From Styela clava (lineage: Eukaryota): 64,000 nt of DNA. The DNA is taken from the NCBI RefSeq assembly GCF_964204865.1, contig NC_135258.1:10168001-10232000 (forward strand). The letters run 5' to 3'. Position 1 is the first letter of the stretch. Every line of letters begins with the position of its first letter. This document shows, one piece after another, positions 26,833 through 40,741 of the stretch. The position numbers and the translations under genes were made by a program. The notes beneath the pieces were generated by a model. It searched no databases and was not told the DNA's origin. It saw only the letters and a program-made list of their open reading frames with translations.

Positions 26833-27709
26833 GGTATAGCCCATCACACGTAGTTTCTTCTAATTTTCTACTTGGGATATCTGCATCCCAACTTCAACTT
26901 GCCCTCTAAAGTAAAAAAACTCCCTTAACAAATCACGTACATGTTTTTCTTAGCACAAGGATAGATTAATATCAGAAACACTGTACAATTTGTTTACTCA
27001 CGAGTTAATCAACTTGTGTTGAAATTTATCTCCTTATGTTGTGTTGTATTTTTTTTTCATGTTTTCTCGTTCAGTATCGAATCCTTCATATTTAATTAAT
27101 ACATGTACGACTTTCGCTTCGAATAAGGCTTTACGTCCTTTTACATCCTGGGTAAGGTGACGGGCATGGGATTGAACTCGATACTTAATCTACAATACCT
27201 GCATAGTCAAGTCTAACGCTAAATATCCACCGTGCCACCACACAAATTGTCAAAACTCTCATCTTTGAACATATTCTTTAATTAAATATTTTTTTTTTGC
27301 AAATATTTTTTTTTTATCTATGCATTGAGTGACCCGGAGTCGATAGGTAGGGTTATTCCAGTAATATGGGGAGAAGAACACAAGAACAATATCCCATCTG
27401 CGATTGTATCTGGCTTCATGATTCCAAGAATATGAGTCTTTTCAAAATCTGCAATGCACTGTTGATACAAAATGAGAATTTGACGAAGCACCTAAACAAC
27501 TTGCACGAATAGGTGGTGGCCATGAGGTATTTTTAGAGTTGATTGCAGATACACAAATATGTAGTCGACGAAAGTCAGACAACCTTATTTGAAGCCTCCA
27601 AGTATTTCCTTTTGAAAATTGCACTTGCAAAAATACTTTAATTATTAAAAGCTTGTGGCTTAGAAAAAGTAAAATTTTGTCTAAAACGCTGGCGTTTGCT
27701 CGTTTAGTT

Positions 27710-30700
27710 TTATGAAAAATGATCGGCACCGACATTATAAATCTGAAATTCCGCCTGCCAATGATAAACAAAAGATGACGTCAGTTAGAAACAAGTCGGG
27801 ACAATAACACCATACGATTTAAGAAAATTATGACGCCATATTGCTATTTAAGAAACAAGAAATTTCTGGCATTGCAACCTCAGGTACACAACAGTTGTAT
27901 TAGATTTTAATTGAAATTTACGACTGTGGACAACTCTCGCACAAACTCCATTAAACTATTTACAATTGAACGTTCACGTAACTTGTGAATACATTGCATA
28001 CCTTGTCAACAACTTCCTTTGGTATATTCTGTCTTTCTAATATTCCAGTATCAACAAATCCTGGACTGAAATAGTAAAAATTGTTGGTACTCTGTACGTA
28101 GTATGTGTATCAGGTTAGGGTTAGGCCATGATTTCAGGTACAAATACTACGGGAATAAAATTATGGCCTAACCTTAACCTGGTACACAAAACACATAGTA
28201 TGTTCAGGTGTCCGCCATCTTGTTGCACATACAACGGGAACGCCAAAATGTTTAGTTTGATATTATACACACTCGTGACTTTTAGGTAAATAAACATTAT
28301 AATATAGACAAAACTTAAAAGGAGTTTTCATAGTTGTCCCATTTTTGCTGAGGTGAAAACCCAGAAATGCTGTAATACTCACTTAATATTGTTGACTCGA
28401 ACGCCGAAAGGGGCACACTCTAAAAATAAAGTGATTTAGCCATAAAATAGGAGTCATGCGCAATATATCCTAGATCAGGTGAGATATGGAGAGGATGCAA
28501 ACATATTTTGAAATTTATATGACTCTGATTATAAGAATTGTTTTGATCTGATAATCAGCATTTTATAACATTTTCAAAATTAGGTTTTAAGACTTGTCAG
28601 TAATTTCAATTAGGCAAGATTATGCTCATAGTCACATACATTTCTAAAGTGTATCAAACAATTAGAAGATTGTAGAATATGTTTTTACGCTCATGACTAA
28701 TCTACCAAAAATAAATATTAAATGGTGTATACTGTATACAATTACCAATTTTCATAGTAATTAGTTGTTTACGAAAGCATTTTCAGTATCAAAACAATAC
28801 AGTATATCTAAAATAAGCATAGCAATGACATAAGAATCTCATTAGACCTGCAGAAAACCCCTTAGCAAAATGATCCAACGCACATTTCAACATTCCATAA
28901 TGAACATTGTTCTGCCTTGGCCATATTTTCATACCAGACACACTCGACACGTTCACAACACAACCTGTAAAAAGGCATACAAAAACGAGTCAAAAAATTT
29001 CAAGACGATGCTTGATGCTTATTAATGAAATGGATTGTTCTGCCTTCTTTTGCATATGAGCGATGGGATATGAAATATTTTGAACCGATTATTATATTGA
29101 ATTATTTAAAACCGATTCCCTGAATCATTAATTCAATGATATAACAAAGTAAAGTAAAGCTCATAATACAGAACACTGTCATTCCCTGAATATTTTCGTA
29201 AAAATCGCTCGTAAGACGTTAGCAGTGATATTTGCACCACGGTCGTAACATCAGTTTCATTTTTACATTGTTTTTTTAAGACAGGCATTTGAATAATTTG
29301 CGATACATTTGTGCTTTTAACGAGTAAACATCCTGGACACGTATTCTCGGATTAATTGACAACATTATTAGGCATTGGTAAAAAAGAGCAGTGTTTCCCA
29401 TTTCCAATCCCTTGAATTTCACAAGAATTACCCACGGCTCTTGCTAACAAACAGAAACGATAAATTTGAGAAGGCGTATTTCAGGTTTTTGGGTATTGTT
29501 TCAATTCTAAGTTTTGCATAGAGCGCGCCAACACCGTTTCGTAAAATTGGAAATGTCAACCAAGGTAACAAATTATTGTGCGAAATTTTTCCCAAATTTG
29601 ACCGAGGAATCATTATTTGACTAATAGATTTGCCCTTTATTGCCTATTTGTTCAGTTATTATTTAAACTCAAAATAACATTCAGGAGTCACGCAATGACT
29701 TTGCAGGGTTTTTATTCACCATTTAATACGAAAATGAAACTTACACAATAGGAAAGTAAAATCTTAGAAAGGTCAACTATCGTCTTTATAAATATCCGCA
29801 TTCCGACGTCAGAAATGATAATATAGTCAGCTTAAACTTGGGACAGTTAATTTACAATCATTGGTTTTTACAATCAAAGATCAAAGCCGTCGTAAAAGAT
29901 AAAAATCAGAATAAAATCCCGAATTCACTTTCTAATAGCCGTCTTTAACATATGTCGCCTATATGAACGCATAGTTCTCCCAGGAATATAAAACCAAACG
30001 TTGCGTAAGAATTAATCCTGGTAAAAAAGGGAGGACGGGCGGAAATAGCTCACCAATATTAGGATGCCTAGCATTTTAGATGCCCATTGTATTTGTATTA
30101 AAAATATTCTATATTCGACAATTCGTTAAAAATATTCGAATTATTCGATTCGATAAAAATATTCTATTTTGCCAATCCTTGCGATCTGTAATCATGCCAG
30201 TAATCAGGCAAAAAACGCGTGGTAGCACAAACACTGAGGCAATGAAACTTAATAATAAAACCTTTATTAAATTTAGTAAATTCACGATTATTTCATATCT
30301 CGAACACAGAAACGGTTACTTGTCGGATAGTTTCTGCGGTCTGAAAAGTCGAATGAGTCTTTTCGACATAGTAAATGCTACGATCTTTGCCATCAAATTA
30401 TTCTCGGGCCTTGCACAAAATCCATATTGTGAAGAGATTCGTTCATCGGTGAAAATTGTTTATAACAACTTTAAACCTATTTAGTGTTTTTAGCAATAAT
30501 AATTAATCGTTGTAATGAAATACAATAATGTGAGGTGCTCCGAAGTTGGGTCTTGTGTACATTATTGTAAGAAAACAGTCATAATATCGGTAACTATTAA
30601 CCATCCATTTCAAATACAGGATATGTTATATTAACAAGAATAGATTTTCCCTTATCTGATCTTCTATGTTTTTATTATTTTATAGCTTAAATGGCTTCAA

Positions 30701-32605
30701 GAGTGGGAAATGTTCCTGTTTTGTGGTAGGTGTGCCGCTAATATTTAAATAGCCCAATAGTGTGCTGCGACATAAAAAATGTTGGGAACCACTGAACTAG
30801 AGGACTAAGAAGAAACATTCATTATATTAATAATATGATCGTTAGTTACCTTACCCTTTGTTTCCTTTAGGTGTGGCAAGGCATATTTGCATAGAAACAC
30901 GGGCGCTCGTAGATTAGTTCGATAAAGACTTTCAAAATCCTTAACTTCGAGCTGGAAATTAAAATAATAATATTTTCACACACATAATTAAAGGCCTTAA
31001 TGTGCTATGTAAAGGTTACGGACCCTTTACCTACGGACTACAAATGGACTGACAGTACCTTCTGAGAAGCTACCCAAAATCCGAACAAATTTAAGTAAGT
31101 CGATACTACTTGTTAGAATCTCTACAACAGTTAACGGAATTGAAAACATATCAAATTAGAGAGTTAACAAACAACTCAACAGAAATGAGCATAAACCATT
31201 TTTTTTATTTGGAAGCGGTGGAGTCAGATTTTGCCCCTTTTCACGTATTTTCACGCAAAACACTATTTTGAACTGCATATTTCCAAAAGTCGAGTATTGT
31301 CAAGTTTTGAATTGAAATTAGTGACAGATTGCAAACGTCAATCAACACTTTGTTATCCCGAAGGTGATAGTCATTAAAAGAGTCTGCGTAAAATATCCGA
31401 GCATTCATTTTTGTCGGTCGAAAGTCGATTATTAGAATATGCTGAAACAAATGGACTCGTTTTCCAAGGTATACTCAAATGTATTGAGATATACGCATTT
31501 AAGAGTGGATCTGCAAATAAACTTGTTAACTCAGTCGTTTCATCGTATTTTCATAGACTTAAATCCTCGATGAGTGAATACAATTCGTCAGACAGTCGTA
31601 AGAATGGCAACAATAACACAATTATAAGCTTACCTCGGCAATGGGTCCTCGCAGTGTTCGACCTGCGTTGTTGATAAGTACGTCGATTGCGGAATATTTT
31701 TCTATTGTTTTATTGATGATATTTTCAATATTTGAGAATTCAGATAAGTCTTCCGCAATTTCAAGAACCTTAAAAAATTAAGTAGAATAATAATCATTCA
31801 GAGGTATGATTCGTGTCACTCCAAACCTTAAGAATGTGATTGCGGTATAGAACCTAGTTACTTGCGTTGGGAATATAATAATGGCAAATCGGAGCCGGCG
31901 TATTAACAATTGTCCTGAATTCGCTTATAAAATTGTGTTATTGTAAAATAGGTGGTTGTTGTACCTATTTTCCCGAATAGTCGAGTCAATACTTGGGAAA
32001 TAATTTCCCCTGATCACGATGACTTGAACTACTCGATTTTCCCATGTATACGACAAATTGTTTACCTTTTATGGGCACTAAACGATTGCTTTATTCTACG
32101 AACGCATCTTAGCCAAACAACGCTACGATTTAGTCAATTCTAGACCGTGCAACATAAAGTTAAAATCATATTTGCTTCCCCAATCAATTGGACAGTATAG
32201 GTTCGATTACTCCGGGTCAGGGACATTAGGTTGACTTGGAATATTTTACTTAATCTTTAAACTGTCTAGAAATCTGGTTTTTAATCTACCTCAGCTCCAT
32301 GTTCTTTACATATGTTGGAAGTTTCACCCAGTCTTTCTATATTTCTTCCACATATTGCCAACCTGGCCCCCTCTTTTGCAAATGCTATAGCCGTGGCAGC
32401 TCCTATTCCACTGGAAGCTCCTATTGTAAAAATACAATGTGTAGACAAGCCATATTACAGTGTTACAAACAACCTTATTGCTTGAACCCTGCATATGTAC
32501 GCGAAGGCAACATAAATGCTCAATAACAGTTCTGATTGGCTATGAAAGATGAATAACTTGTAACTTGCCTGTAACAATTACAACTTTTGAGCAGAACCGC
32601 TTCAT
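27710..32605 (-). CDS. Classical short-chain dehydrogenase/reductase (FabG-like SDR-1); canonical last exon not found
   Basis: Exons 32569-32605 (GC donor), 32290-32420, 31634-31768, 30855-30951, 28848-28964, 28383-28419, 28002-28065, with a tentative terminal exon 27710-27754. Motifs: VIVTGASSGIG (TGxxxGIG), LINNAG, RTNLRAP, VNVSS, YGMLK (YxxxK), GVRVNNINPG. Confidence 0.85.
28086..28223. repeat. Family A MITE-like repeat in an SDR-1 intron
   Basis: gtagtatgtgtatcaggttagggttaggccatgatttcaggtacaaatactacggg...ctaaccttaacctggtacac...tccgccatcttg. Confidence 0.75.
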
Positions 32606-33696
32606 ACTGAATGTACAGGCAATAAATACGAAAAAGTTTGCAAGCTTGCCCTCCGCACTAGTCTAATTTCGTTATGGTTCAATGCATAAGTTTTGTAGAC
32701 TGAACGAGGCTTCTCGAAGTGTCAATAATCGCGATAGCCAATCCAGGCATCTGAGTATCAAATTACTGTGACCACCCGCTTTAGTTCGGTATAGCGTTTT
32801 GTATATATACTAAAACATACGAATAGAGTCTATAAAACTGCTGGAACTATTGAAAATTGAAATATTTTAAATTAATTCGAGGTATTTCGAATCGCGGGTA
32901 TGATAGGGCGAATGCAGTAGACATTCTGGGCTTCGACACATCAGACACGCGTGGGTGACATTTATGGATGTACAGTTTGCAGTTTTTAAGACTAACCAAA
33001 CAACTGTTTTGCGTACGAGTTGTTGCCGATATCTCATTAGATGTGATTGCAGAGACACGTGTATTCGACGGAAGTTACAAGTTAGAAATCTTTATTTCAA
33101 GTTCCTGAATATTTCTTTTTTTAAACTTCCCTTACAAAAATAGGTATTTCGAATTCAGTTTAAAAAATTTGATTAGAGCTTCTTACGCCTGACTGGTCAT
33201 GTTTACGGAAATAAACAAGGAAATCGATGCCCGAGGAAATATCTAAAAAGATAAGAAGCTATTAGCTACTGCTAAGCAATGGATGTTTCACCGAACTTCG
33301 ATCCCAGGAAAATTCTTCCTGTACTTTACCATTGCAAAATTTTTGATGCTCAATTTTGTGGTTTCGCGAGTTGATGCCTATAAACTGGTTTACGTGTTTC
33401 AAAAAAACATTTGGATTGAAAATATTCAACCACCTGGCATTTAAAAGTGCCACTAGGAAAGTTTAGCCTAGTCTATCAGGATATTTTTGCACTAATTTTT
33501 GATTACTGTAATTAAACTGAAACTTCTATGAAAATGAAATAATCATTGAGCTATTTGATTCATACTTATATTTCGGAAACACAAATAAAAACTGACAAAT
33601 AATAGCACGCAAAACCAGGGAAACGAAGCAATGTTCACAACCATTCCTGAAAATGTGTCTGACTAATGAAAGTGAGTGAGAGGCAGCTAAAATGTC

Positions 33697-33880
33697 GGTA
33701 CTCCCGAAGTAAGACCATAATTTGATCTCAATTTTTCGTTAATTTAGTTCTATTACGAGTTCGGAGACTAGCCAAGTGACTCCCGTAGTATTTGTACCGG
33801 AAATTATAGCCTAATCCTAACCTGGTACACATACTACGTTCCGGTGCCCGGCATTCTGGTTCACATACTTCGGAAGTACC
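33697..33880. repeat. Family A MITE-like repeat; paralogous copy at ~45785-45960
   Basis: Termini GGTACTCCCGAAGTA / TACTTCGGAAGTACC; the internal sequence matches the other copies. Confidence 0.8.
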
Positions 33881-34422
33881 GAAATTTTCATCGTTACGTC
33901 CCTTTTTACAGCTTGCTGATTAGCCAATATTACGGAACTGAATAAGAAAGTTCGTGTTCGGGGAAACGTCCATATAGGCTATGGTTGCACACTAAATATT
34001 GTAATCCATATGATTTTAAATAAAAAAACAATAGAATAGACATAAAAAGCCATAACGCCAAACTGGAATTCTGACACCAAACGTGTTACCAGAATTGTTA
34101 AATTTGGCGTTAAAAAAGTCAATATGGCAATCCTACATATGCTCAAATGACCCAAGATGAAATGAAAACGTGTTACACAATAGTTTTCATGTTGAAAGTG
34201 TACGAAACAACGTGAGAGAGTATAGTCGTGATATATTATCGTTCTGAGCCTTACTTTGGGCTTTTGTTATTACAAAAATTAAAGTAGATTTCTTGATTCA
34301 TAAAAATTGGCATATTTCGAAGTCTTTAATATATTTGGGTATAATCGATCATAAGTGGAGATCGATTCATTAAATTTTATACAAAGTTAATCATTACTGG
34401 AATAATGGTTTATGAAAAATTA

Positions 34423-36129
34423 TTATTCATTCATTTTCTTAATTAGGTCTCGCTTTGATCTGAGACGACTTTCAACTCCGCCTATAAACTTTTTCTCTTG
34501 TTCGTCGCCCCTCCAATCTTTAACTTTACGGTAGCATTCCAGAGCTACTACGTAATTTTTCTCCGATTCAATGTGGTTGCCGTCTAGGCCGTAAGCTATT
34601 GCTTTATTATTCCACAAATGACCATAAATACGATATTCCTGAGCACCTTCACCAAACTTTTTCTTCATGAAATCAATTCCAATATTGCAATAGTCTATTT
34701 CTTTTTTATATTCTTCGAGAGCACCATACATAGCTGCGATTAAGTTTATACCATATGCCTCTTGAGTGAGTTTCAAAGTTGGTTCAATATCGCGAAAACT
34801 TTGCACGACTGTAAAAAGCTCTAGCAGTATTTCCACCCCAAAATCTTTGGCGATAGCATGCATTTCCTTCCCCTTCTTTTTCATCGAAATTATGATATCG
34901 TAAACTTTCACAGCTCTCTCTCCGTGGAACCTTACAATAGCCACGTCGGGACTCAACTCTATCTTGTACAGTTTAGCCGAACAGAGAATTAAAATTAGAG
35001 CACGAATATATTGGGAATTATCAATATAACTGTTAATCACTTTGTTGACGTCACTCAATTTCGGTCGGTGTGATGACGTCAACATCGTTTCAAGTTCGAT
35101 GATTCTCTTTGTTGCATTCATATTCCGATGAAGTCGGATATAGCATTCTGCCAACATTAGTTGTTGAGTTATGGTCAAAGGTAATTTCTCAAGCATTGAT
35201 GCCGCTTCATGAAATTTTGAGTTTTGAATCAAGTTTCTTGCGGGCTCTGAACAATAAAAGTATTAACGCCAAATAAGATGGAATTATGTTGACAAAGAAC
35301 TCAGTAATTTGCAACTTAGTCACGTTATAAGAATAACTTCGGTATAATGGGAAATTCAAATAGGAATGGCCATTTTCAAATACCTAATGATTTCAGAATC
35401 AAATCGAATATTTTTTTTCCGAATCGGATCTCGAATGCTCGGAAGATATGTTGATGTGTATTTATTATAATGGGTCCTCCAGTTACATAAATTAGTCTAA
35501 CCCTAACATGTAGGTATAAGCTGTGACAGATGTGTCATTTAACATGGACTGCCATACGAAACTTCAAAGTAATCACTCTTCGGGGACCAACAAGTCAAGA
35601 GATTTCCATAAATCAATACCAAGTTTAATTAATGTTTGACGAAATATTAAGGAAATATTTCAAACGTGATTTAATATGATTAGCGTTAAACATACCCAAC
35701 ATTATATTCTGAGCATCGGGCGACAGACTCGTAGCTCCGTTCATTTCAGCAGCGAGATGTGAATTCGGTTGAACTTCGGTGTAAGGCGGTGGTGAATCTA
35801 TAAATAGAAGAACTTGTTTATTTTTATTTTGTACTTTTAAGTAATAACTGAATGAATACTGATTTCATTATAGTGAATAGAAATTGCTGCCAAAAGGTTG
35901 GTGAGGTAGTATTGACGCAAGCATCAGTTTCGATATTTATATTTCTAGAAAAGCCCATACCAAAAGTAACATGATATGTTTTCATTCGTTTGACTATCCG
36001 AAAAGATCCCATGGTATACAGAATAATATGACATATACCTTGATAATCTCCGACATCGTCTACTATGCCAGAATATAATTCTTGTTCAGTAGGAGCAGAC
36101 GGCTCAAGATTCATCTCTTTCTTTGACAT
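34423..36129 (-). CDS. PSAP/PPxY-motif TPR-like protein, copy A (338 aa; exons 36039-36129, 35696-35797, 34423-35246)
   Basis: Two phase-1 GT-AG introns join MSKKEMNLEPSAPTEQELYSGIVDDVGDYQ|DSPPPYTEVQPNSHLAAEMNGATSLSPDAQNIML|EPARNLIQNSKFHEAA... to the 269-aa ORF. The C-terminus has TPR-like helices (YGHLWNNKAIAYGLDGNHIESEKNYVVALECYRK). All three copies share this structure. Confidence 0.88.
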
Positions 36130-37358
36130 TTCCTATTTCTTGTGACAATTGGTTTCGAGACAAACTTTCAACTCAGCTATATTGCTATATTACAAGCTAT
36201 ACGCCGTCATTTAACAATTGCAGTTTAAATATATATATATATACCTTTTCTAAAATGCACCATCATAATTCATATGACACTCACGTGATGCGCAGCGTAA
36301 ATATTTGGCGTACAAACATGCGCTATTACCCATGTATGAGCCAATAGACTTTCAATAATTTCTTCGCGTTTCGAATATATTTGAACCCGGTCCATTGTCA
36401 TATTTAGGCTAGAGTACAAAAAAGTTTTCCTGACTGATAAAGAAAACAGCTGCTGATTTCTTAACGAAGGAAATGAAACGACTTCGATTTTTTGAGTTCC
36501 ATATTCTGTGTTCGTGAGGCTGGGAACGATGCGCAATCATCACGGGTTAAATCTTTAAGATATAATAATCACATGCCATGTAATCTCATGTTTACCACGC
36601 GCTTTCGTTTGAGAAATTCCCCACGATCTTTTTTTAGTTGCTTGTTGGTGAATTACTGGGATTTTTGACACAGAGTTCCATGTATTATCCGGCGGAATGT
36701 GTACATGATGGCTTAAGCTGTGTAGTTACACCATGCGCTATCTATTTGCATCTCCGTTTGTGTGTATCTGCAAATTGTAAAACTTGAAAGTCTTTCAAAC
36801 TCAGTTTTACCTTTGCGTGTGACTTGTGAATATAGTTTTGCGCCTGTCAGTAAAATTTCAGGCTTATGTCTCGCATCATGGAAACACATTATGGGTTCAA
36901 TACATCACAATACATACGGCTATAACTCAGAAAATTACATAGTAAGTACAGATCCGTTGTCGCCATTTTCGTTCCGTGTTGTTTTTCCGTGTTCGTCCAT
37001 ATAACGTCACCGACGCGTGTCTGATGTGTCGAAGCCTCATAATGTCTACTGCTGTCGAGGATTCGAAATAACCCGTAGGTTATATTATAATTTGAAATTT
37101 TAATAGTAGTAGCAGTATTATAGACTCTATCCGTAGGTTCTAGTATGTCTACGAAATTCTATAACAAACTAAATCGGAAGGCCACGGTAATTTGATACAG
37201 TACACTAATGCCTATATTGGTTTACATTGGCTATTGCGTATACTGTATTGACATATCGGGAAGCCTCGTTAAGTATAAAAAACTTGTGCGTTGAACCATA
37301 ACGAAATTTGACTGGCAAGCTTGCAAACTTTTTTGGAGTTGTTGCACTGACTTTCAGA

Positions 37359-37515
37359 ATGAAACGGTTCTGCTCGAAAGTTGTAATTATTACAGACAAG
37401 TTACAAGTAGTCATTCATTGCTCGCAGGACTGTTGTTGCGCATTTATGTTACCTTTGCCCATATATGCAGGTCTCAATCAGGTGCTTCTAGTGGAATAGG
37501 AGCTGCCACGGCAAT
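37359..37515 (+). pseudogene. 5' SDR fragment (exon 1 plus start of exon 2)
   Basis: MKRFCSKVVIIT with the donor mutated to ACAAGT, then GASSGIGAATA truncated at the junction with the next repeat unit. Confidence 0.85.
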
Positions 37516-38116
37516 TTTTACGTCACTTTTTACCGATTGCTGATTATCCAATATTACTGAAGTGAATAAGAACTTTCATGTTCGGGGACACGTTCATAGG
37601 CTATTGTTGAACACTAAATATTCTAATCTATACGAGTCTAAATAAATAAACAATTGAATAGACATAAAGAGCCCACAAAAAACCATAACGTCAAACTGGA
37701 ATTCTGACGCCAAACGTGTTACCAGAATTGTTACATTTGGCCACAAAAAAGCCAATATGACAACCCTGCTCACAACGACCTAATCACGCACACAGGGTTC
37801 ATTTGAGTTTGCTCATCTACCAGGACATATGCTCAAATGAACCAGGATGAAATGAGAAAAGTGTTACACAATAGTTTATATGTTAATAGTGTAAGAAACA
37901 ACATGAAAGAGTAAAGCCTTAAAATATTATCGTTCTAAGCTTTGCTTTGGGCTTTGTTATTAACAAAATCAAATTAGATTTTTTGATTCATAAAAATTGG
38001 TTTATTTTGAAGTCTTAACTATATTTGGTTTTAATTGATGATCATAATTGGAGATCGATTCATTAAATTTTATACAAAGTAAATCATTGATGGAATAATG
38101 GTTTATGAAAAAAATA

Positions 38117-39733
38117 TTATTCATTCATTTTCTTAATTAGGTCTCGCTTTGATCTGAGACGACTTTCAACTCCGCCTATGAACTTTTTCTCTTGTTCGTC
38201 GCCCCTCCAATCTTCAACTTTACGGTAGCATTCCAGAGCTACTACGTAATTTTTCTCCGATTCAATGTGGTTGCCGTCTAGGCCGTAAGCTATTGCTTTA
38301 TTATTCCAAAAATGACCATAAACACGATATTTCTGAGCACCTCCACCAAACTTTTTCTTCATGAAATCAATTCCAATATTGCAATAGTCTATTTCTTTTT
38401 CATATTCTTCGAGAGCACCATACATAGCTGCAATTAAGTTTATACCATATGCCTCTTGAGTGAGTTTCAAAGTTGGTTCAATATCGCGAAAATTTTGCAC
38501 GACTGAAAAAAGCTCTAGCAGTATTTCTACCCCAAAATCTTTGGCGATAGCATGCATTTCCTTCCCCTTCTTTTTCATCGAAATTATGATATCGTAAACT
38601 TTCACAGCTCTCTCTCCGTGGAACCTTACAATAGCCACATCGGGACTCAACTCTATCTTATACAGTTTAGCCGAACAGAGAATTAAAATTAAAGCACGAA
38701 TATATTGGGAATTAGCAATATAACTGTTAATCACTTTGTTGACGTCACTCAATTTCGGTCGGTGTGATGAAGTCAACATCGTTTCAAGTTCGATGATTCT
38801 CTTTGTTGCATTCATATTCCGATGAAGTCGGATATAGCATTCTGCCAACATGAGTTGTTGAGTTATGGTCAAAGGTAATTTCTCAAGCATTGATGCCGCT
38901 TCATGAAATTTTGAGTTTTGGATCAAGTTTCTTGCAGGCTCTGAACAATAAAAGAACTACCGTCAAACAAACTGGTATTATGTTGAGGAAGAACTCAGTA
39001 ATTTGCAACTTACTCACGTTATAAGAATAGGTTCCGTATAATGGGAAATTCAAATAGGACTGAGCATTCTCAAATACCTCATGATTTCAGAATCAAAACG
39101 AATATTTTTTTTCGAATCGGATCTCGAATGCTCGGAAGATATGTTGATGTGTATTTTTTTTATTGTAATGGGTCCTACAGATACATAAATTAGTCTAACA
39201 CTAACATGTAGGTATAAGCTTGTGACAGATGTGTCATTTAACATGGACTGGCATACGAAAATTCAAAGTAATCACTCTTCGATAATCACAAGTCAAGAGA
39301 TTTCCATAAAGCATTACCAAGTTTAATTAATGCTTGACGAAATATGAAGAAAATATTTCAAACGTGGTTTAATATGAGTAGTGTTATACATACCCAACAT
39401 CATATTCTGAGCTTCGGGCGATAGACTCATAGTTCTGTTCATTTCAGCAGCGAGATGTGGTTGAACTTCGGTGTAAGGCGGTGGTGAATCTATTAATAGA
39501 AGAACTTGTTTATTTTATTTTGTACTTTTAAGTAATAACTGAATGAATACTGATTTCATGATAGTGAATAGAAATTGCTGCCAAAAGGTTGGTGAGGTAG
39601 TATTTACGCAAGCCATAGTATACAAAATATTATGACATATACCTTGATAATCTCCGACATCTTGTACCATGCCAGAACATAATTCTTGTTCAGTAGGAGC
39701 AGACGGCTCGAGATTCATCCCTTTCTTTGACAT
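38117..39733 (-). CDS. PSAP/PPxY-motif TPR-like protein, copy B (336 aa; exons 39643-39733, 39394-39489, 38117-38940)
   Basis: Same exon structure as copy A, with an in-frame 6-nt deletion in exon 2. It differs from A at 9 positions over the 269-aa ORF. Confidence 0.88.
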
Positions 39734-40741
39734 TTCCTATTTCTTGTGGCAATTGGTTTCGCGAAAAACCTCCAACTCAGCTATATTACAAGCCATACAC
39801 TGTCAATTAACAAACAATTGCAGTTTAAATATGTATATATATATCTTGTGTCGGCTGCACCATGCGCATCATAATTCATATGACACTCAGGTGATGCGCA
39901 ACGTAAATATTTGGCGAACAAACATTGTTTGCAATAATAATGCATGCGCTATTACCCAAGCACGAGCCATTAAAATACACTTTCAATAATTTGATAATTG
40001 CATCGCGTCTAGAATATATATCTCTTTGTAAAAATTCGAGCCTGGCACATTGTCATAATTAGGATAAATAAAAAACAAAGTTTTCCTGACTGATGAAGAA
40101 AACAGCTGCTGATTTATTAACGGGGAAAATCAAACGGCTTGGATTTTCTGAGTTCCATATTCGGTGTTAATGAGAATTCGTTTGAGGCTCAGAACGACGC
40201 GCTATCATCACGGGTTAAATCTCCAAATAATAATAATCACATGCAAGCTATAATCTCATGCTTACCGTGCACCTCGTTTGAGAAATTCACCACGATCTTT
40301 TCTAGATGATTGTTGGAAAATTACTGGGATTTTTGACAAACAGTTCCGTGTATTATCTGGCGGAATGTTTACATGATCGCTTGAGGTGGGTAGTTACACC
40401 ACGTGCAATCTAGTTGCATCTCGGGTTTGCGTGTATCTACAAACTGTAAAACTTGAAAGTCTTTCAGACTCATTTTTACTGTGTGAATATAGTTGTGCGC
40501 ATATCGTTAAAATTTTGAAAGGTTTATGCCTCGCATCATGGAAACACATTACTGCTATTGGGGAACTATGGCCCTACTCGTGCGTGCCTTTACACCAGTA
40601 CCATTAAAACGTACTGATGTGTCGAAGCCTCAGAATGTCTGCTAATTTCGCCGTATCATGCACGAGATTCGAAATAACTTGAATGAATTTGAAAATTTAA
40701 AATGTTGCAGCAGTATTATAGACTTTATCCGTAGGTTCTAG

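Larger units (their letters stand above)
24925..27480. repeat. Left arm of an inverted segmental duplication (partner ~52120-57340)
   Basis: The upstream flank, coding remnant and downstream flank all match the reverse complement of the right arm. Example: gggagaagaacacaagaacaatatcccatctgcgattgt (~27370-27410) vs acaatcgcagatgggataatgttcttgtgttcttctccc (~52193-52231). Boundaries are approximate. Confidence 0.88.

Noticed and set aside
30080-30484. 134-aa ORF
   Set aside because: It lies in an SDR-1 intron on the opposite strand, overlaps repeat-like (attcga)n sequence and has no recognisable domain.
35824-36129. Track ORFs of 101 aa (35824-36129) and 72 aa (39515-39733) as independent genes
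   Set aside because: They are exon 1 of the TPR genes reading through into intron 1.
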